Source of the DNA: an uncultured Bacilli bacterium
GTDB taxonomy: Bacteria; Bacillota_I; Bacilli_A; RF39; UBA660
DNA: 64,000 bases
Assembly: GCA_947586825.1 (NCBI GenBank)
Contig: CANPXU010000003.1
Location: 10,394-74,393 of the forward strand
Reading direction: 5' to 3'
Part shown: piece by piece, positions 37,258 through 46,941 of the stretch
How positions within the stretch are numbered: the first letter of the stretch is position 1
How the letters are laid out: the number at the start of each line of letters is the position of its first letter
Position numbers and translations under genes: made by a program
The notes under the pieces: generated by a model
The model's database searches: none
What the model saw: only the letters and a program-made list of their open reading frames with translations
What the model was told of the DNA's origin: nothing

Positions 37258-37435
37258 GATATATATTTATATCTTAATGCTACTATTATCAGCTTTTGCC
37301 CTAAGTGGAGTCAATTTTGATCATTTTATTAAAGCTAGATATAAGTACGAAGCCAGGGTATTAGCTTTTTTGATGATGTTAGGATTAGCATATACATCGG
37401 CGATGTTTATTATTAATATTATTGAAGCTGTATAA
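37247..37435 (+). CDS. DUF1146 (YwzB-like) small membrane protein
   Basis: 62 aa with two TM segments. ALSGVNFDHFIK fits the YwzB pattern. It lies near murA/spoIID, as ywzB does in Bacillus. Confidence 0.5.
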   Translation: MSYKIYIYILMLLLSAFALSGVNFDHFIKARYKYEARVLAFLMMLGLAYTSAMFIINIIEAV

Positions 37436-37445
37436 AGGAAAGCTT

Positions 37446-38369
37446 ATGAAAAACAAAATATTATTAGAAATTATCATTGTTTTATGTGCAGTATATACCG
37501 TAGTAAGAAGTTTTAAACCAAAGACTTCTTTTTTTTATCCTGTGCAGGACACCTATGTTAAGGTTAAGGATACACAGACTAGTGAAATAGATACTTATCC
37601 AATTGAAGACTATGTTCTTGGTGTAGTTGCAGGAGAAATGCCAGCATCTTTTGATGAAGAAGCTCTTAAGGCTCAGGCTATTGCTGCCCGAACGTTTGCT
37701 TATTACATGATGTCGATATCGGGTAAGGATTATGATTTAACAAATGATACCACAAGTCAAGTACACATAACATATGATCAGATGAAGCAAAATTGGCAAA
37801 GTGATTATGATTTTTATCTTAATAAATTAAAGGAAGTAGTAAATGATACCAAAGATATGGTTATGACGTATGATGGCGAAATTATTGCTTCCTTTTATTA
37901 TTCCATGAGTAATGGCTATACCGAAGATGCTAAAGAGGTGTTTGGCATTGAGAAAGCTTATCTAAAACCGGTAGAATCTAAAGAAGATACCAATAATGGT
38001 AATTATGAAATAACGAGCGTTATGAGTAAAGAAGAGTTTTGCAGTCGTTTAGGAATTGAGTGCAGCATGATTACCATTGATAATATTATTTTAACACCCT
38101 CGAATAGAGTATCATCCATTATGATAAATGGTCAGGATTTTCTAGGAACCCAAATAAGATCTTTACTTAACTTAAGATCAACTGATTTTACTATTAGTGA
38201 GGATAATGATGATATTTATATTACAACTAAAGGCTTTGGCCATGGCGTAGGAATGAGTCAATATGGGGCTGAACTCATGGCTGAGGAGGGATACAATTAT
38301 GATGATATTTTAAAACATTACTACCAAAACATAACAATTGATAATGTTAATGAAATAACCAAAAGTTAA
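37446..38369 (+). CDS. spoIID: Stage II sporulation protein D (SpoIID/LytB domain)
   Basis: Motifs EEALKAQAIAARTFA and GFGHGVGMSQYGA. N-terminal TM. Confidence 0.88.
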   Translation: MKNKILLEIIIVLCAVYTVVRSFKPKTSFFYPVQDTYVKVKDTQTSEIDTYPIEDYVLGVVAGEMPASFDEEALKAQAIAARTFAYYMMSISGKDYDLTNDTTSQVHITYDQMKQNWQSDYDFYLNKLKEVVNDTKDMVMTYDGEIIASFYYSMSNGYTEDAKEVFGIEKAYLKPVESKEDTNNGNYEITSVMSKEEFCSRLGIECSMITIDNIILTPSNRVSSIMINGQDFLGTQIRSLLNLRSTDFTISEDNDDIYITTKGFGHGVGMSQYGAELMAEEGYNYDDILKHYYQNITIDNVNEITKS

Positions 38370-38417
38370 CAAGTATAAAATAAATTTATTCATCCATACT
38401 CTATTATAGGAGGAAAG

Positions 38418-39041
38418 ATGAAAACAAAAAGATTTAAAACGTTTGTATTGCCAATTTTATATGTAACAATTATTGCTGTATCATTTGTAGCTATCGCTGG
38501 TCTAAATAGTCTATTAAGTAAGGTCCCTGAAGATTATAAATATTCTGAATCTTTACTAACTAATGAGGTTATGTCTGTTGAAAAAGAACAAACTGAGCTT
38601 AAAATAGTAAAACCTTACACATCTGATAAAGTAGGAGTTAAGACATCATATTATAGTAAAAATGACGATGATACTAAACAAGAATCTTCTTTAATTTACT
38701 ATGAAAAGACTTATATGCCTTCGACAGGAATAATTTATACTTCTGATGAATCTTTTGAAGTTGTTGCAGCTTTAGATGGTGAAGTTAAAAGTGTTAAAAC
38801 TGATGCTCTACTTGGAACTGTTGTAGAAATATCACATAATAGTAATCTTACAACATTTTATTATTCCCTTAAAAACGTGAATCTAAAGGCTGGAGAGTAT
38901 GTAACATCTGGTACTAAACTTGGTAATAGTTCAGACAATAAGCTAGTAGATAGTCCATCTTTATTATTCGAAGTATATTATCAAGGTAAATCAATGGATC
39001 CTGAGAAGTTCTATGAAGCAATGCCAAAAGACTTACAATAA
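38418..39041 (+). CDS. SpoIIQ-like membrane protein with a degenerate LytM (M23) domain
   Basis: N-terminal TM. It has an M23-like core (ALDGEVKSV...GTVVEISHNSNLTTFYYSL...GEYVTSGTKLG). The HxxxD and HxH metal ligands are replaced (STGIIYTSD; SLLFEV). It follows spoIID. Confidence 0.6.
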   Translation: MKTKRFKTFVLPILYVTIIAVSFVAIAGLNSLLSKVPEDYKYSESLLTNEVMSVEKEQTELKIVKPYTSDKVGVKTSYYSKNDDDTKQESSLIYYEKTYMPSTGIIYTSDESFEVVAALDGEVKSVKTDALLGTVVEISHNSNLTTFYYSLKNVNLKAGEYVTSGTKLGNSSDNKLVDSPSLLFEVYYQGKSMDPEKFYEAMPKDLQ

Positions 39042-39588
39042 TATTATTTATTTAAGAGAAAACAAAATAACAATAAAGGATAATGCTAAATACTATGAAT
39101 TAACCTTAAGTACTAAAGCTTTAAATAAAGGATATATTCAAGATAAAGATACTTTTATTAAAGAATACTATAACTATTTGAAAAGTAAGCATTTAAATAA
39201 ATTTTTTTGGAATAAAAAACTGCTTATCATAACAAATTATCTATATTCTTTTAATGAAAAACGTATTTTAAAAGATACCTTTAAAGAAATTGGTTATAAA
39301 GAAATAGATATTAAACCTATTGAAAGTATGCTAAATATTAATAAAGAAGATTATTATCTTATAAATAGCGATAATCTAAGATTATTATATGTTGATGATT
39401 TAAATCAAAAAGGTAGTCTTGAACTAGATCCGGATATATTATCTGCCAGTGAAATAATGCTATTATTAAAGAATCGCTGTCATAAAAAAAGATTATTTAT
39501 TATAAATGAAAATGATAAGTTACTAGCCTTGATAGATAAATTAAAAATCAATTATTACTATTATCAAAAAAAGTATATATTTTTTTAA
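39013..39588 (+). CDS. Hypothetical protein; possibly a truncated, degenerate actin-fold (MreB/Mbl-like) protein
   Basis: LNKGYIQDKDTFIKEYYNYL...KKLLIITNYLYSFNEKRILKDTFKEIGYKEIDIKPIESML parallels MreB MKDGVIADYE..MKYYI...VCVPSGIT.VE.RAV..A...AGA....IEEP.AAA. The phosphate-binding motifs are absent. This comes from memory-based alignment only. Confidence 0.3.
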   Translation: MKQCQKTYNNIIYLRENKITIKDNAKYYELTLSTKALNKGYIQDKDTFIKEYYNYLKSKHLNKFFWNKKLLIITNYLYSFNEKRILKDTFKEIGYKEIDIKPIESMLNINKEDYYLINSDNLRLLYVDDLNQKGSLELDPDILSASEIMLLLKNRCHKKRLFIINENDKLLALIDKLKINYYYYQKKYIFF

Positions 39589-39718
39589 AAAATTACTTTG
39601 CCAAGATTATGGGTTATATTTGTCAAATCGCCCGAATTATGTCGAATTTTGGCACACGAAATAGTTTGAAACACCCCTTATATTATGATAAATTTTAATC
39701 AGGAAAGAGGTGTTAGAA

Positions 39719-39931
39719 GTGAAAGGAAAGGTTAAATGGTTTAATAACGAGAAAGGATATGGATTTATAGAATCTGGTAATTTAGCAGATATCTTTGTTC
39801 ATTACTCTGTTATTAAAAAAGATGGATATAAAACATTATCCGAGGGAGATATTGTTAATTTCCGATTAATTGAGACTCCTAAAGGATTACAAGCCCAAGA
39901 TGTTGAAACCTTACAATTAACTACTGTATAG
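39719..39931 (+). CDS. Cold-shock protein (CspA family)
   Basis: KGKVKWFNNEKGYGFIE and DIFVHYS RNP motifs. The GTG at 39719 lies 8 nt after GAGG. Confidence 0.92.
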   Translation: MKGKVKWFNNEKGYGFIESGNLADIFVHYSVIKKDGYKTLSEGDIVNFRLIETPKGLQAQDVETLQLTTV

Positions 39932-39942
39932 TAGTTTTTTTT
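39921..39942 (+). terminator. csp terminator
   Basis: CTACT-GTAT-AGTAG followed by T8. Confidence 0.6.
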
Positions 39943-39977
39943 CTTTTTTAATGATAGAATATAAATAAGGAGATGAT

Positions 39978-40520
39978 ATGATGAAAACTAATATTCGTGG
40001 AGACAAAGTCGAGGTTACAAAATCGATTAAGGAGTATATCGAAGATAAACTTACAAGATTAAATAAATATTTTGATAACGCTGATGATTTAATGTGTTCA
40101 GTAGTAATTAGAGTTAAAAATGGTAATCAAACAATTGAAGTTACCATACCCACATCAAGATTTACTTTAAGAGCTGAGGAAAGCCATGAGGACTTATATG
40201 CTGCTGTAGACTTAATTTTAGATAAACTTGAAAGAATGATTCGTAAAAATAAAACAAGACTAGCTAAACAATATAAAAATGTTCCTGCTTTTGAAATGAG
40301 CTTTGACTATGAAGCAGAAGATGATGAAGATGATGAAGTAAAAACTAAGATAGTTAAGAGAAAAAATATTGATACTAAACCAATGAATGAAGAAGAAGCT
40401 GAACTTCAAATGCAACTTTTAAATCATGATTTCTTTGTATTTAAAAATATTGATGAAGAGTGTGTATCTGTTTTGTATACAAGAAGAGATGGCACTTTAG
40501 GAATTATTAACGTTAAATAG
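39978..40520 (+). CDS. hpf: Ribosome hibernation promoting factor (long form, YvyD-like)
   Basis: 180 aa. It has an N-terminal sigma54-modulation/S30AE domain, an acidic linker and a C-terminal dimerisation domain (FFVFKN...VLYTRRDGTLGIINV). Located upstream of secA as in Bacillus. Confidence 0.9.
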   Translation: MMKTNIRGDKVEVTKSIKEYIEDKLTRLNKYFDNADDLMCSVVIRVKNGNQTIEVTIPTSRFTLRAEESHEDLYAAVDLILDKLERMIRKNKTRLAKQYKNVPAFEMSFDYEAEDDEDDEVKTKIVKRKNIDTKPMNEEEAELQMQLLNHDFFVFKNIDEECVSVLYTRRDGTLGIINVK

Positions 40521-40546
40521 AAAGTCGAAAAAATCGACTTTTTTTG
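40521..40546 (+). terminator. hpf terminator
   Basis: AAAGTCGA-AAAAA-TCGACTTT followed by a T-run. Confidence 0.7.
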
Positions 40547-40623
40547 TGTAAAGAATGTTGTAATATATTGTTGTATTATTAAATAACTGATAAACTTAAT
40601 TATAATAAAGGAGAGTTTTAAAT

Positions 40624-40851
40624 ATGTATGATAACAAGCTAGAAAATGAAACTATAGAGATTGAAACTGGTACTGAAGTGGATGATTCTATTCAAAGTAT
40701 CCCGGGAGCAGCACCTTCCTTTGATACAATAACCGAACAAGAATTAAACAAAAATAATCAAACTAGTAAACCAAGCGATGATTATGATGATGAAGAAACA
40801 TATCATGCAACATCCGTTAATAATAAGAAGAATGTCGAATATAAGTCCTAA
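40624..40851 (+). CDS. Small acidic hypothetical protein
   Basis: 75 aa with an AAGGAG RBS. Low-complexity D/E/N/T-rich. No motif recognised. Confidence 0.4.
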   Translation: MYDNKLENETIEIETGTEVDDSIQSIPGAAPSFDTITEQELNKNNQTSKPSDDYDDEETYHATSVNNKKNVEYKS

Positions 40852-40906
40852 TAAAGGACTTTTTTAATGCCTTTTTACGTGTTATAATACTGGGTGAGGT
40901 GGCAAG

Positions 40907-43393
40907 ATGAATTTTATTAAAAAGTTGTTTGATTCGGAGTATAAAGAATTATGTCGTTTTGATAAATTAGCAGATCAAATAATAAGTTTAGAACCAGAAA
41001 TGGAAAAACTTAAAGATGAAGATTTTGCTAAAAAAACGCAAGAATTTAAAGATAGAATTGCTGATGGAGCATCTTTAGATGATGTTTTAATTGAGGCAAT
41101 GGCACTAGCTAGAGAAGCGTGTTACAGAGGGATTGGTGAAAAGCCTTATAAAGTACAAGTTATAGGTGCTTTAGCTATTTATTTTGGTAATATTGCTGAA
41201 ATGAAAACAGGTGAAGGTAAGACTTTAACTACGGTTCTACCTGCATATGTTGAATCTTTATCAGGCAAAGGTGTTCACGTAGTTACTACTAACGAATATC
41301 TATCACAAAGAAATGCTGAATGGATGGGACCTATCTATAATTTATTAGGCGTAAGTGTAGGAGTTAACCTTCGTGAGTTATCCCCAAAAGATAAACAAGA
41401 AGTTTATAATGCAGATATTACATATTCTACAAATAATGAAATTGGTTTTGATTACTTAAGAGATAATATGGTTGTTCAAAAATCTGATCGTGTTCAAAGA
41501 CCATTTAACTTCTGCATTATCGATGAAGTTGACTCAATTTTAATTGATGAAGCAAGAACACCCCTTATTATAAGTGGTGGTAAATCACAATCTAAAAATT
41601 TATATGTCGAGGCCAATAGAGCTGTTCAAAGATTAAAAGAAGATGAAGATTATACAGTTGATGCTAAGACTAAATCTGTTTCTCTTACTGAAGAGGGAAG
41701 TCAAAAGATTGAAAAGATACTTAATATTTCTAATCTTTATGATATTGATAATACCGTAATGGTTCACCATTTAAATCAAGCTTTAAAAGCTAATTATGCT
41801 TTTGCTAAAGATGTTGATTACGTTGTTGAAAATGGCGAAGTTATTATTGTCGACCAATTTACCGGCCGTTTAATGCATGGTAGACAATATTCTGAAGGGT
41901 TACATCAAGCAATCGAGGCTAAAGAAGGCGTAGAAATAAACGAAGAAACGCGTACTATGGCTACTATTACATTCCAAAACTTATTTAGAATGTATAATAA
42001 ATTATCTGGTATGACTGGTACTGCTAAAACCGAAGAAGAGGAATTTAGAAATATTTATAACATGTATGTTATTCAAATTCCTACTAATAAACCGGTTATA
42101 AGAGAAGATTTACCAGATTTAGTGTATGGAACAGAAAAAGCTAAATATAAGGCTATCATTAATACTGTTAAAGAAATACATGAAACAGGTCAACCTATAT
42201 TAATAGGTACAATATCTGTTGAATCCAACGAACATTTAAGTGAATTATTAAGAAAAAGTGGCTTAAAGCATGAAGTATTAAACGCTAAAAATCATGAAAG
42301 AGAAGCTGAAATTATCGCTCATGCTGGTGAAAAAGGTGCTATAACTCTAGCTACTAACATGGCCGGTCGTGGTACCGATATTAAACTTGGCGAAGGCGTT
42401 CAAGAGCTTGGCGGTTTATGTGTAATTGGTACTGAAAGACATGAAGCTCGAAGAATTGATAACCAACTTCGTGGTCGTTCAGGCCGTCAAGGAGACCCAG
42501 GAATGAGCCAATTCTTTGTGTCTTTTGAAGATGACTTAATGCGTAGATTTGGTACTGATAGAATAAAGAATATGCTTAAATCTTTAGGCATGGATGATGA
42601 TATGGCTATTCGTAGTAAAACCTTAACTCGTAGCATCGAAACAGCACAAAAGAGAGTTGAAGGTAATAACTACGATATAAGAAAGAGCCTTCTTGATTAT
42701 GACAATGTATTAAACGAACAAAGAGATATTATCTATACAAGAAGAAATGAAATAATCGATGCTGATGACATTCATGAAAGAGTATTAGCAAACTTCAGAA
42801 GTGCTATTGTATCATTATGCGAATCTCATATAGCTCCTGAAGGATATTTAACTGATGCTGACCGTACAGATATTGCAGAGTATGTTAATACTAACTTTCT
42901 TAAAAAGGGCAATCTAAAACTTGAAGATATTAAGGATTTAAAAGATCAAGAAGTAGTAGATCATATTTATGATTTAGTAATTAAAGACTATGAAGATAAA
43001 ATCAAAGATTTACCTATTAAAAATGAATTTGAAAAAGCTATTTCATTAAGAGTTATTGATTCTAACTGGGTAGAACATATGAATACTATGGAACATTTAA
43101 AAGAAGGTATTGGCTTACGTGGTTATAGTCAAACAAACCCTGTTCAAGCCTATACAATGGAAGGTTTTGATTTATTTGATAAATTATTAGATAAGATAGA
43201 TCAAGATATTGCTATGTTCTTATTAAAAGCCGAAATTAGACAAAATATTGAAAGAAAGCAAACTTTAAATGGTGTAGCAAATGATGGTAAGGAAAAAGTT
43301 AAAGCTAAACCAATTAAAGTTCAAAAGGTTGGTAGAAATGATCCATGTCCTTGTGGCAGTGGTAAGAAATACAAGAATTGTTGTGGAAAATAG
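40907..43393 (+). CDS. secA: Preprotein translocase ATPase SecA
   Basis: 828 aa. Motifs MKTGEGKTLT, DEVDSILIDEARTPLIISG and TNMAGRGTDIKLG, with a C-terminal zinc motif CPCGSGKKYKNCCG. Confidence 0.97.
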   Translation: MNFIKKLFDSEYKELCRFDKLADQIISLEPEMEKLKDEDFAKKTQEFKDRIADGASLDDVLIEAMALAREACYRGIGEKPYKVQVIGALAIYFGNIAEMKTGEGKTLTTVLPAYVESLSGKGVHVVTTNEYLSQRNAEWMGPIYNLLGVSVGVNLRELSPKDKQEVYNADITYSTNNEIGFDYLRDNMVVQKSDRVQRPFNFCIIDEVDSILIDEARTPLIISGGKSQSKNLYVEANRAVQRLKEDEDYTVDAKTKSVSLTEEGSQKIEKILNISNLYDIDNTVMVHHLNQALKANYAFAKDVDYVVENGEVIIVDQFTGRLMHGRQYSEGLHQAIEAKEGVEINEETRTMATITFQNLFRMYNKLSGMTGTAKTEEEEFRNIYNMYVIQIPTNKPVIREDLPDLVYGTEKAKYKAIINTVKEIHETGQPILIGTISVESNEHLSELLRKSGLKHEVLNAKNHEREAEIIAHAGEKGAITLATNMAGRGTDIKLGEGVQELGGLCVIGTERHEARRIDNQLRGRSGRQGDPGMSQFFVSFEDDLMRRFGTDRIKNMLKSLGMDDDMAIRSKTLTRSIETAQKRVEGNNYDIRKSLLDYDNVLNEQRDIIYTRRNEIIDADDIHERVLANFRSAIVSLCESHIAPEGYLTDADRTDIAEYVNTNFLKKGNLKLEDIKDLKDQEVVDHIYDLVIKDYEDKIKDLPIKNEFEKAISLRVIDSNWVEHMNTMEHLKEGIGLRGYSQTNPVQAYTMEGFDLFDKLLDKIDQDIAMFLLKAEIRQNIERKQTLNGVANDGKEKVKAKPIKVQKVGRNDPCPCGSGKKYKNCCGK

Positions 43394-43490
43394 TAGGTTT
43401 TATAAGGGCTTGCGAGGCATAGGTTTTTCAAAAAATCATAAAAAAACCCAAAAAAATTGAAAAATGTGCTCAAAATGTGCACAAATAATT

Positions 43491-43553
43491 AAAATGTTCC
43501 CAAAAATTTGAAAAATTCAAATGAAACAAAGGAATTTTCAATGGGAACATTTT
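43491..43553. repeat. 12-bp inverted repeat (AAAATGTTCCCA / TGGGAACATTTT) enclosing competing inner palindromes, preceded by AAAATGTGC direct repeats
   Basis: The arms are at 43491-43502 and 42 to 53 of line 43541 (43542-43553). The inner TTTGAA-AAA-TTCAAA (43507-43521) competes with TTGAAAA.TTC / GGAATTTTCAA. AAAATGTGC occurs twice at 43461-43480. Confidence 0.55.
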
Positions 43554-43576
43554 TTGTAAAAAGGAAGCGATTATTG

Positions 43577-43639
43577 ATGAGAATTGGCATAGATATTGAT
43601 AATACTATTACTGATAAAATAAAAAAGGCAATGGAATAA
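43577..43639 (+). pseudogene. Remnant of a HAD-type phosphatase/nucleotidase gene
   Basis: ATG...MRIGIDIDNTITDKIKKAME stops after 20 codons. The DxDxT-type N-terminus is typical of HAD enzymes. Downstream frames are broken up to 43787. Confidence 0.4.
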
Positions 43640-43787
43640 GCGGATATTTAACAGGTGGATATTATTATAGAAGCTTTTTTGATTCATCTGCTATTGTAAG
43701 CGCTTATGAGAGTATGATAAATCGTTAAACATCATACCAAGACTTAGAAAGAAAATTAATTATTAAATAAAAGGGTAGTGATATTAA

Positions 43788-44162
43788 ATGATAAATGTTG
43801 TGTTATGTGGAAGCATGAAAGTTAAAGATAAAATTTTAGAGGTAGCAAGTGATTTAAAATCTCACGGCTATAATGCCTTACTTCCCGAAGAATGTATACA
43901 AGGAAAGCCTAAAGCTATAGCTTCTAGAGCACATTTTAATAGAATAATAGATGAAGACAATGAAATCATTTTAGTCGTTAATGATCCTAAAGATGGTGTA
44001 GATAATTATATTGGCCCTAATACATTTGCAGAAATAGCGTTTGCTTTTCATTTTAACAAAAAAATTTATCTGCTAAATGACATTTATGCACCATATAAAG
44101 ATGAGCTAACAGGCTGGAATGTTCTTTGCTTAAATGGGGATTTAAATAATTTATTCAAGTAA
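43788..44162 (+). CDS. Nucleoside 2-deoxyribosyltransferase-like (NDT/Rcl-fold) protein
   Basis: 124 aa. The pattern VVLCGSM...(helix)...GYNALLPE...D.EIILVVN....G..NYIGPNTFAEIAFAFHFNKKIYLL fits the NDT-like flavodoxin fold with a conserved Glu. The assignment is from memory. Confidence 0.4.
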   Translation: MINVVLCGSMKVKDKILEVASDLKSHGYNALLPEECIQGKPKAIASRAHFNRIIDEDNEIILVVNDPKDGVDNYIGPNTFAEIAFAFHFNKKIYLLNDIYAPYKDELTGWNVLCLNGDLNNLFK

Positions 44163-44186
44163 ATAAAAAGTTTTTAATGGGGGTAT

Positions 44187-45023
44187 ATGGAAAAAGAAGA
44201 TAGAGTTATTTTGCGAGATCAAATAAAACGTTATTTATTAACGTGTTCTGATCAAGAGAGAATAAATATTCCTAAAGATACTTTAGAGGATATTTTATTT
44301 GAAACTGAAACTATAAATATCGAAGGCAAATGGTATCAAGTTAAAATTCCTATATGGTCTGGAGCTTTTTTGTCTAAAATAGATTTGAGCGCTATTGATT
44401 TTAGTGATGTGTTATGGAATTATAATATATGTGTGGCTTTAAATAATATTTTTGGCCAGCTTTTATCTACTATAGCTCAAATCCGAAGTGACAGAGCTGA
44501 TAGGTCAAATTACCCATATGAAATATATTATGTAAATACCAATGCTAAAATTAATTTTGCTGAAAGCTTTCTTGCTCGCTTTGGTCATTCTTCTGGTATT
44601 CCAAAGTATGATGGCTTAGTATCAATGTCTAATTGCAATTTTAGTGGCACAGGCTTAACCTTTGGCAGCGGTATCAAAGCTATTCAAATATTGAATTCAA
44701 ATTTATCTAACTCTTCACTTACTTTACCTAATATAAGTCGTTTAACGATTACAAATTCAGATTTAAGTAATAATGATTTATCTAATTTGAGTATAAACGG
44801 TTTAAGCAATCAATTTTATGGTACAAGGTTTAAAAACACAGGGATGAGTGTATACTTGGATCCAAATGAGATTGAAAGTTATTTGGCAGCATCCAAATCA
44901 GCCTTTAAAAAATTATTTATAGCTATGCTTAATGATTATTTTGTTGGTTGTATTGTCAATGGTCATTTACTTAATAGCCATCCGGATAAAGAACACAACT
45001 TAAATTTGATATTAAAAAGATAA
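44187..45023 (+). CDS. Pentapeptide-repeat-like protein
   Basis: The central and C-terminal region has runs such as NCNFSGTGLTFGSG, ILNSNLSNSSLTLPN and ITNSDLSNNDLSNLSINGLSN. Confidence 0.45.
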   Translation: MEKEDRVILRDQIKRYLLTCSDQERINIPKDTLEDILFETETINIEGKWYQVKIPIWSGAFLSKIDLSAIDFSDVLWNYNICVALNNIFGQLLSTIAQIRSDRADRSNYPYEIYYVNTNAKINFAESFLARFGHSSGIPKYDGLVSMSNCNFSGTGLTFGSGIKAIQILNSNLSNSSLTLPNISRLTITNSDLSNNDLSNLSINGLSNQFYGTRFKNTGMSVYLDPNEIESYLAASKSAFKKLFIAMLNDYFVGCIVNGHLLNSHPDKEHNLNLILKR

Positions 45024-45053
45024 AAGTGTTAACTTATTATTGTTAACACTTTT

Positions 45054-46787
45054 TTATCTATTTCTTTCTCTAATTCTTTGATAAGTTTCAGAGCCTAAAA
45101 TTAAAGCTTTATTTTTTTGAAAGTAATTGAACATGTTTTCTTGGTATTGTTCTAACACATCTTTATTTTTAAATGCTCTATTTTGCATGTTTTTCTTTTT
45201 CTCCGTTTTAGGGCTAATTCCTATAATCATGTAGATTCCTAAAACAATTTCCACTAAATATAAGTTTGCTTGATTTGCACTTGCTACGTACATAGGCAAG
45301 TTAGTATCTTTTACATCATCTATGCGTTCAAGTATAATGTCTCCACTCATTAATCCTAAAGTAAGATTATAAAAATCTGATTCTAATTCGGGGTGAAGGC
45401 TTATATCGCTTTCTATATACGTTTTAGCATTTTCTCCTGTTAAGAAAATAACATTGTTTCCTGATGGATAATCTTTCAAATAACCATTAATGATAGACTC
45501 TAACTTATCAATAGCTTCTGTTTGGCTTTCTCTTATGATTGCTACATCTTGCTCGTCAGAAGCTTCTTTTAATAATGTGTTTGCTTCTAGCAAAGCGCTT
45601 CTTTCATCACTTAAGCGAAAGTATAAATCACTATTAAAATTAACATTTCTTAATACTTGTAGTACTTTTAAGTATCTCCTTAAGTTACTACCTTCTAAAG
45701 AAGGGATAATTTCATCGTTCATAATACTTAATAAAGTATTCCAAATAAAGGACTTTTCTTCTAAAGATATATCACAAGCATTTAAATATTTACTAAATTC
45801 ATTTATATCGTTAGGGATAGCAATTATAAAACCATTTTCATAATATCTTTGCAAATTCTCAAGAGCCTCTTTTGAGTCTATAATTTCTGGTTGAATAGTC
45901 TTGTCTTTAACTTCTTCTTGTAAAAAAACGGGTTCTTTAGGTCCTTCTTTTAGAGCTAATAATTTTTTTAAGGTTATAAGTAAATCTTTTCTTGCATCTA
46001 GCACTTTTTGTGTTCTGTAATTAAGACAATCACTTTTTAATAATTCTGTTAATGCTGCAAATAGGCTCGTAAAATCTGAGGCTTCTTTAAATTCTTCTTC
46101 ACTAAAAATTAAACAACGATCGTGATTAATGAATTTAATTTTACTTAGAGTATTTCGAAATACTTCAATATATTCATCAAAATCTAAACAATCATTTTGT
46201 TCATCAAAGATAACAAATGTTCCGTCAGCTTTAAAATATTTTCCTAATATTCTTAATTCTAAAGGATATTCAAAATCAAACTTATTATCATCGTTGTTAT
46301 CCATTGCTTCAATAGTTCTTTTTATTGTTATTCCGATTATCTCACTCAAGGCTCTTATTTGGCCATTATAATGAAGCCAAAGTTCATTAAGAATTATTAT
46401 GTTATTTGAAATTTCGAGAACAAATGAAAGACCATCATGTTTAATTACTTCCATAAGATCATTCATTTGCTTAATATAATTTTCTAAGTTTGTTATAAAA
46501 ATATCACAAATTATATATGCATCCGTTATTTCTGCGAAGCTCTTTTTGCCTCTGATGTCTAAAGTATAATAACTTAAAACCATTTGGGAAAGTTTATGAG
46601 CATCGAAGGATTGGACTTGATCTCCCTTTTCATTAATTAAATCACAAGCTTTTTCCATACTGATTGGATCAATTTTTTTGCGAAGCTTACTAAATTTTTT
46701 GGAAACTTCTGCTTTTAATGCTTTCAAGTGATTACGGTATCCTATTAATGAAGGTATTATTTTTTCTGCATTGCTCATTGTTCTCAT
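45054..46787 (-). CDS. Large hypothetical protein (577 aa)
   Basis: Long ORF against the local replication direction with no recognisable domain. It contains LQRYYENGF (see findings). Confidence 0.55.
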   Translation of the reverse strand: MRTMSNAEKIIPSLIGYRNHLKALKAEVSKKFSKLRKKIDPISMEKACDLINEKGDQVQSFDAHKLSQMVLSYYTLDIRGKKSFAEITDAYIICDIFITNLENYIKQMNDLMEVIKHDGLSFVLEISNNIIILNELWLHYNGQIRALSEIIGITIKRTIEAMDNNDDNKFDFEYPLELRILGKYFKADGTFVIFDEQNDCLDFDEYIEVFRNTLSKIKFINHDRCLIFSEEEFKEASDFTSLFAALTELLKSDCLNYRTQKVLDARKDLLITLKKLLALKEGPKEPVFLQEEVKDKTIQPEIIDSKEALENLQRYYENGFIIAIPNDINEFSKYLNACDISLEEKSFIWNTLLSIMNDEIIPSLEGSNLRRYLKVLQVLRNVNFNSDLYFRLSDERSALLEANTLLKEASDEQDVAIIRESQTEAIDKLESIINGYLKDYPSGNNVIFLTGENAKTYIESDISLHPELESDFYNLTLGLMSGDIILERIDDVKDTNLPMYVASANQANLYLVEIVLGIYMIIGISPKTEKKKNMQNRAFKNKDVLEQYQENMFNYFQKNKALILGSETYQRIRERNR

Positions 46788-46914
46788 CCCTTTTTAAAAA
46801 ACAGTTACTAATATATCACAATAAGCTTTATATAACAAGAATAATAACAATAAAATAGATTAACTTTTTGGCTAGTAAAATGCTTTTTAATAAAGTAATA
46901 TGATAAGCAATTTA

Positions 46915-46923
46915 TGCTATAAT
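46915..46923 (+). promoter_or_regulatory. Extended -10 element TGCTATAAT upstream of the HAD gene
   Basis: TTATGCTATAATG lies 19 nt upstream of the ATG at 46942. Confidence 0.45.
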
Positions 46924-46941
46924 GTCATTGGAGATACTAAT

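Noticed and set aside
45490-46371. Plus-strand ORFs (117 aa and 80 aa) inside the 577-aa minus-strand gene. Similar cases occur at 47424-47630, 48423-48707, 50434-50661 and 51194-51394.
   Set aside because: Each is antisense to a longer ORF that has a proper RBS. Their Ser/Leu/Ile-rich translations are typical of reverse-frame artefacts. Because the host genes are themselves uncharacterised, this rejection is less certain than for the housekeeping loci.
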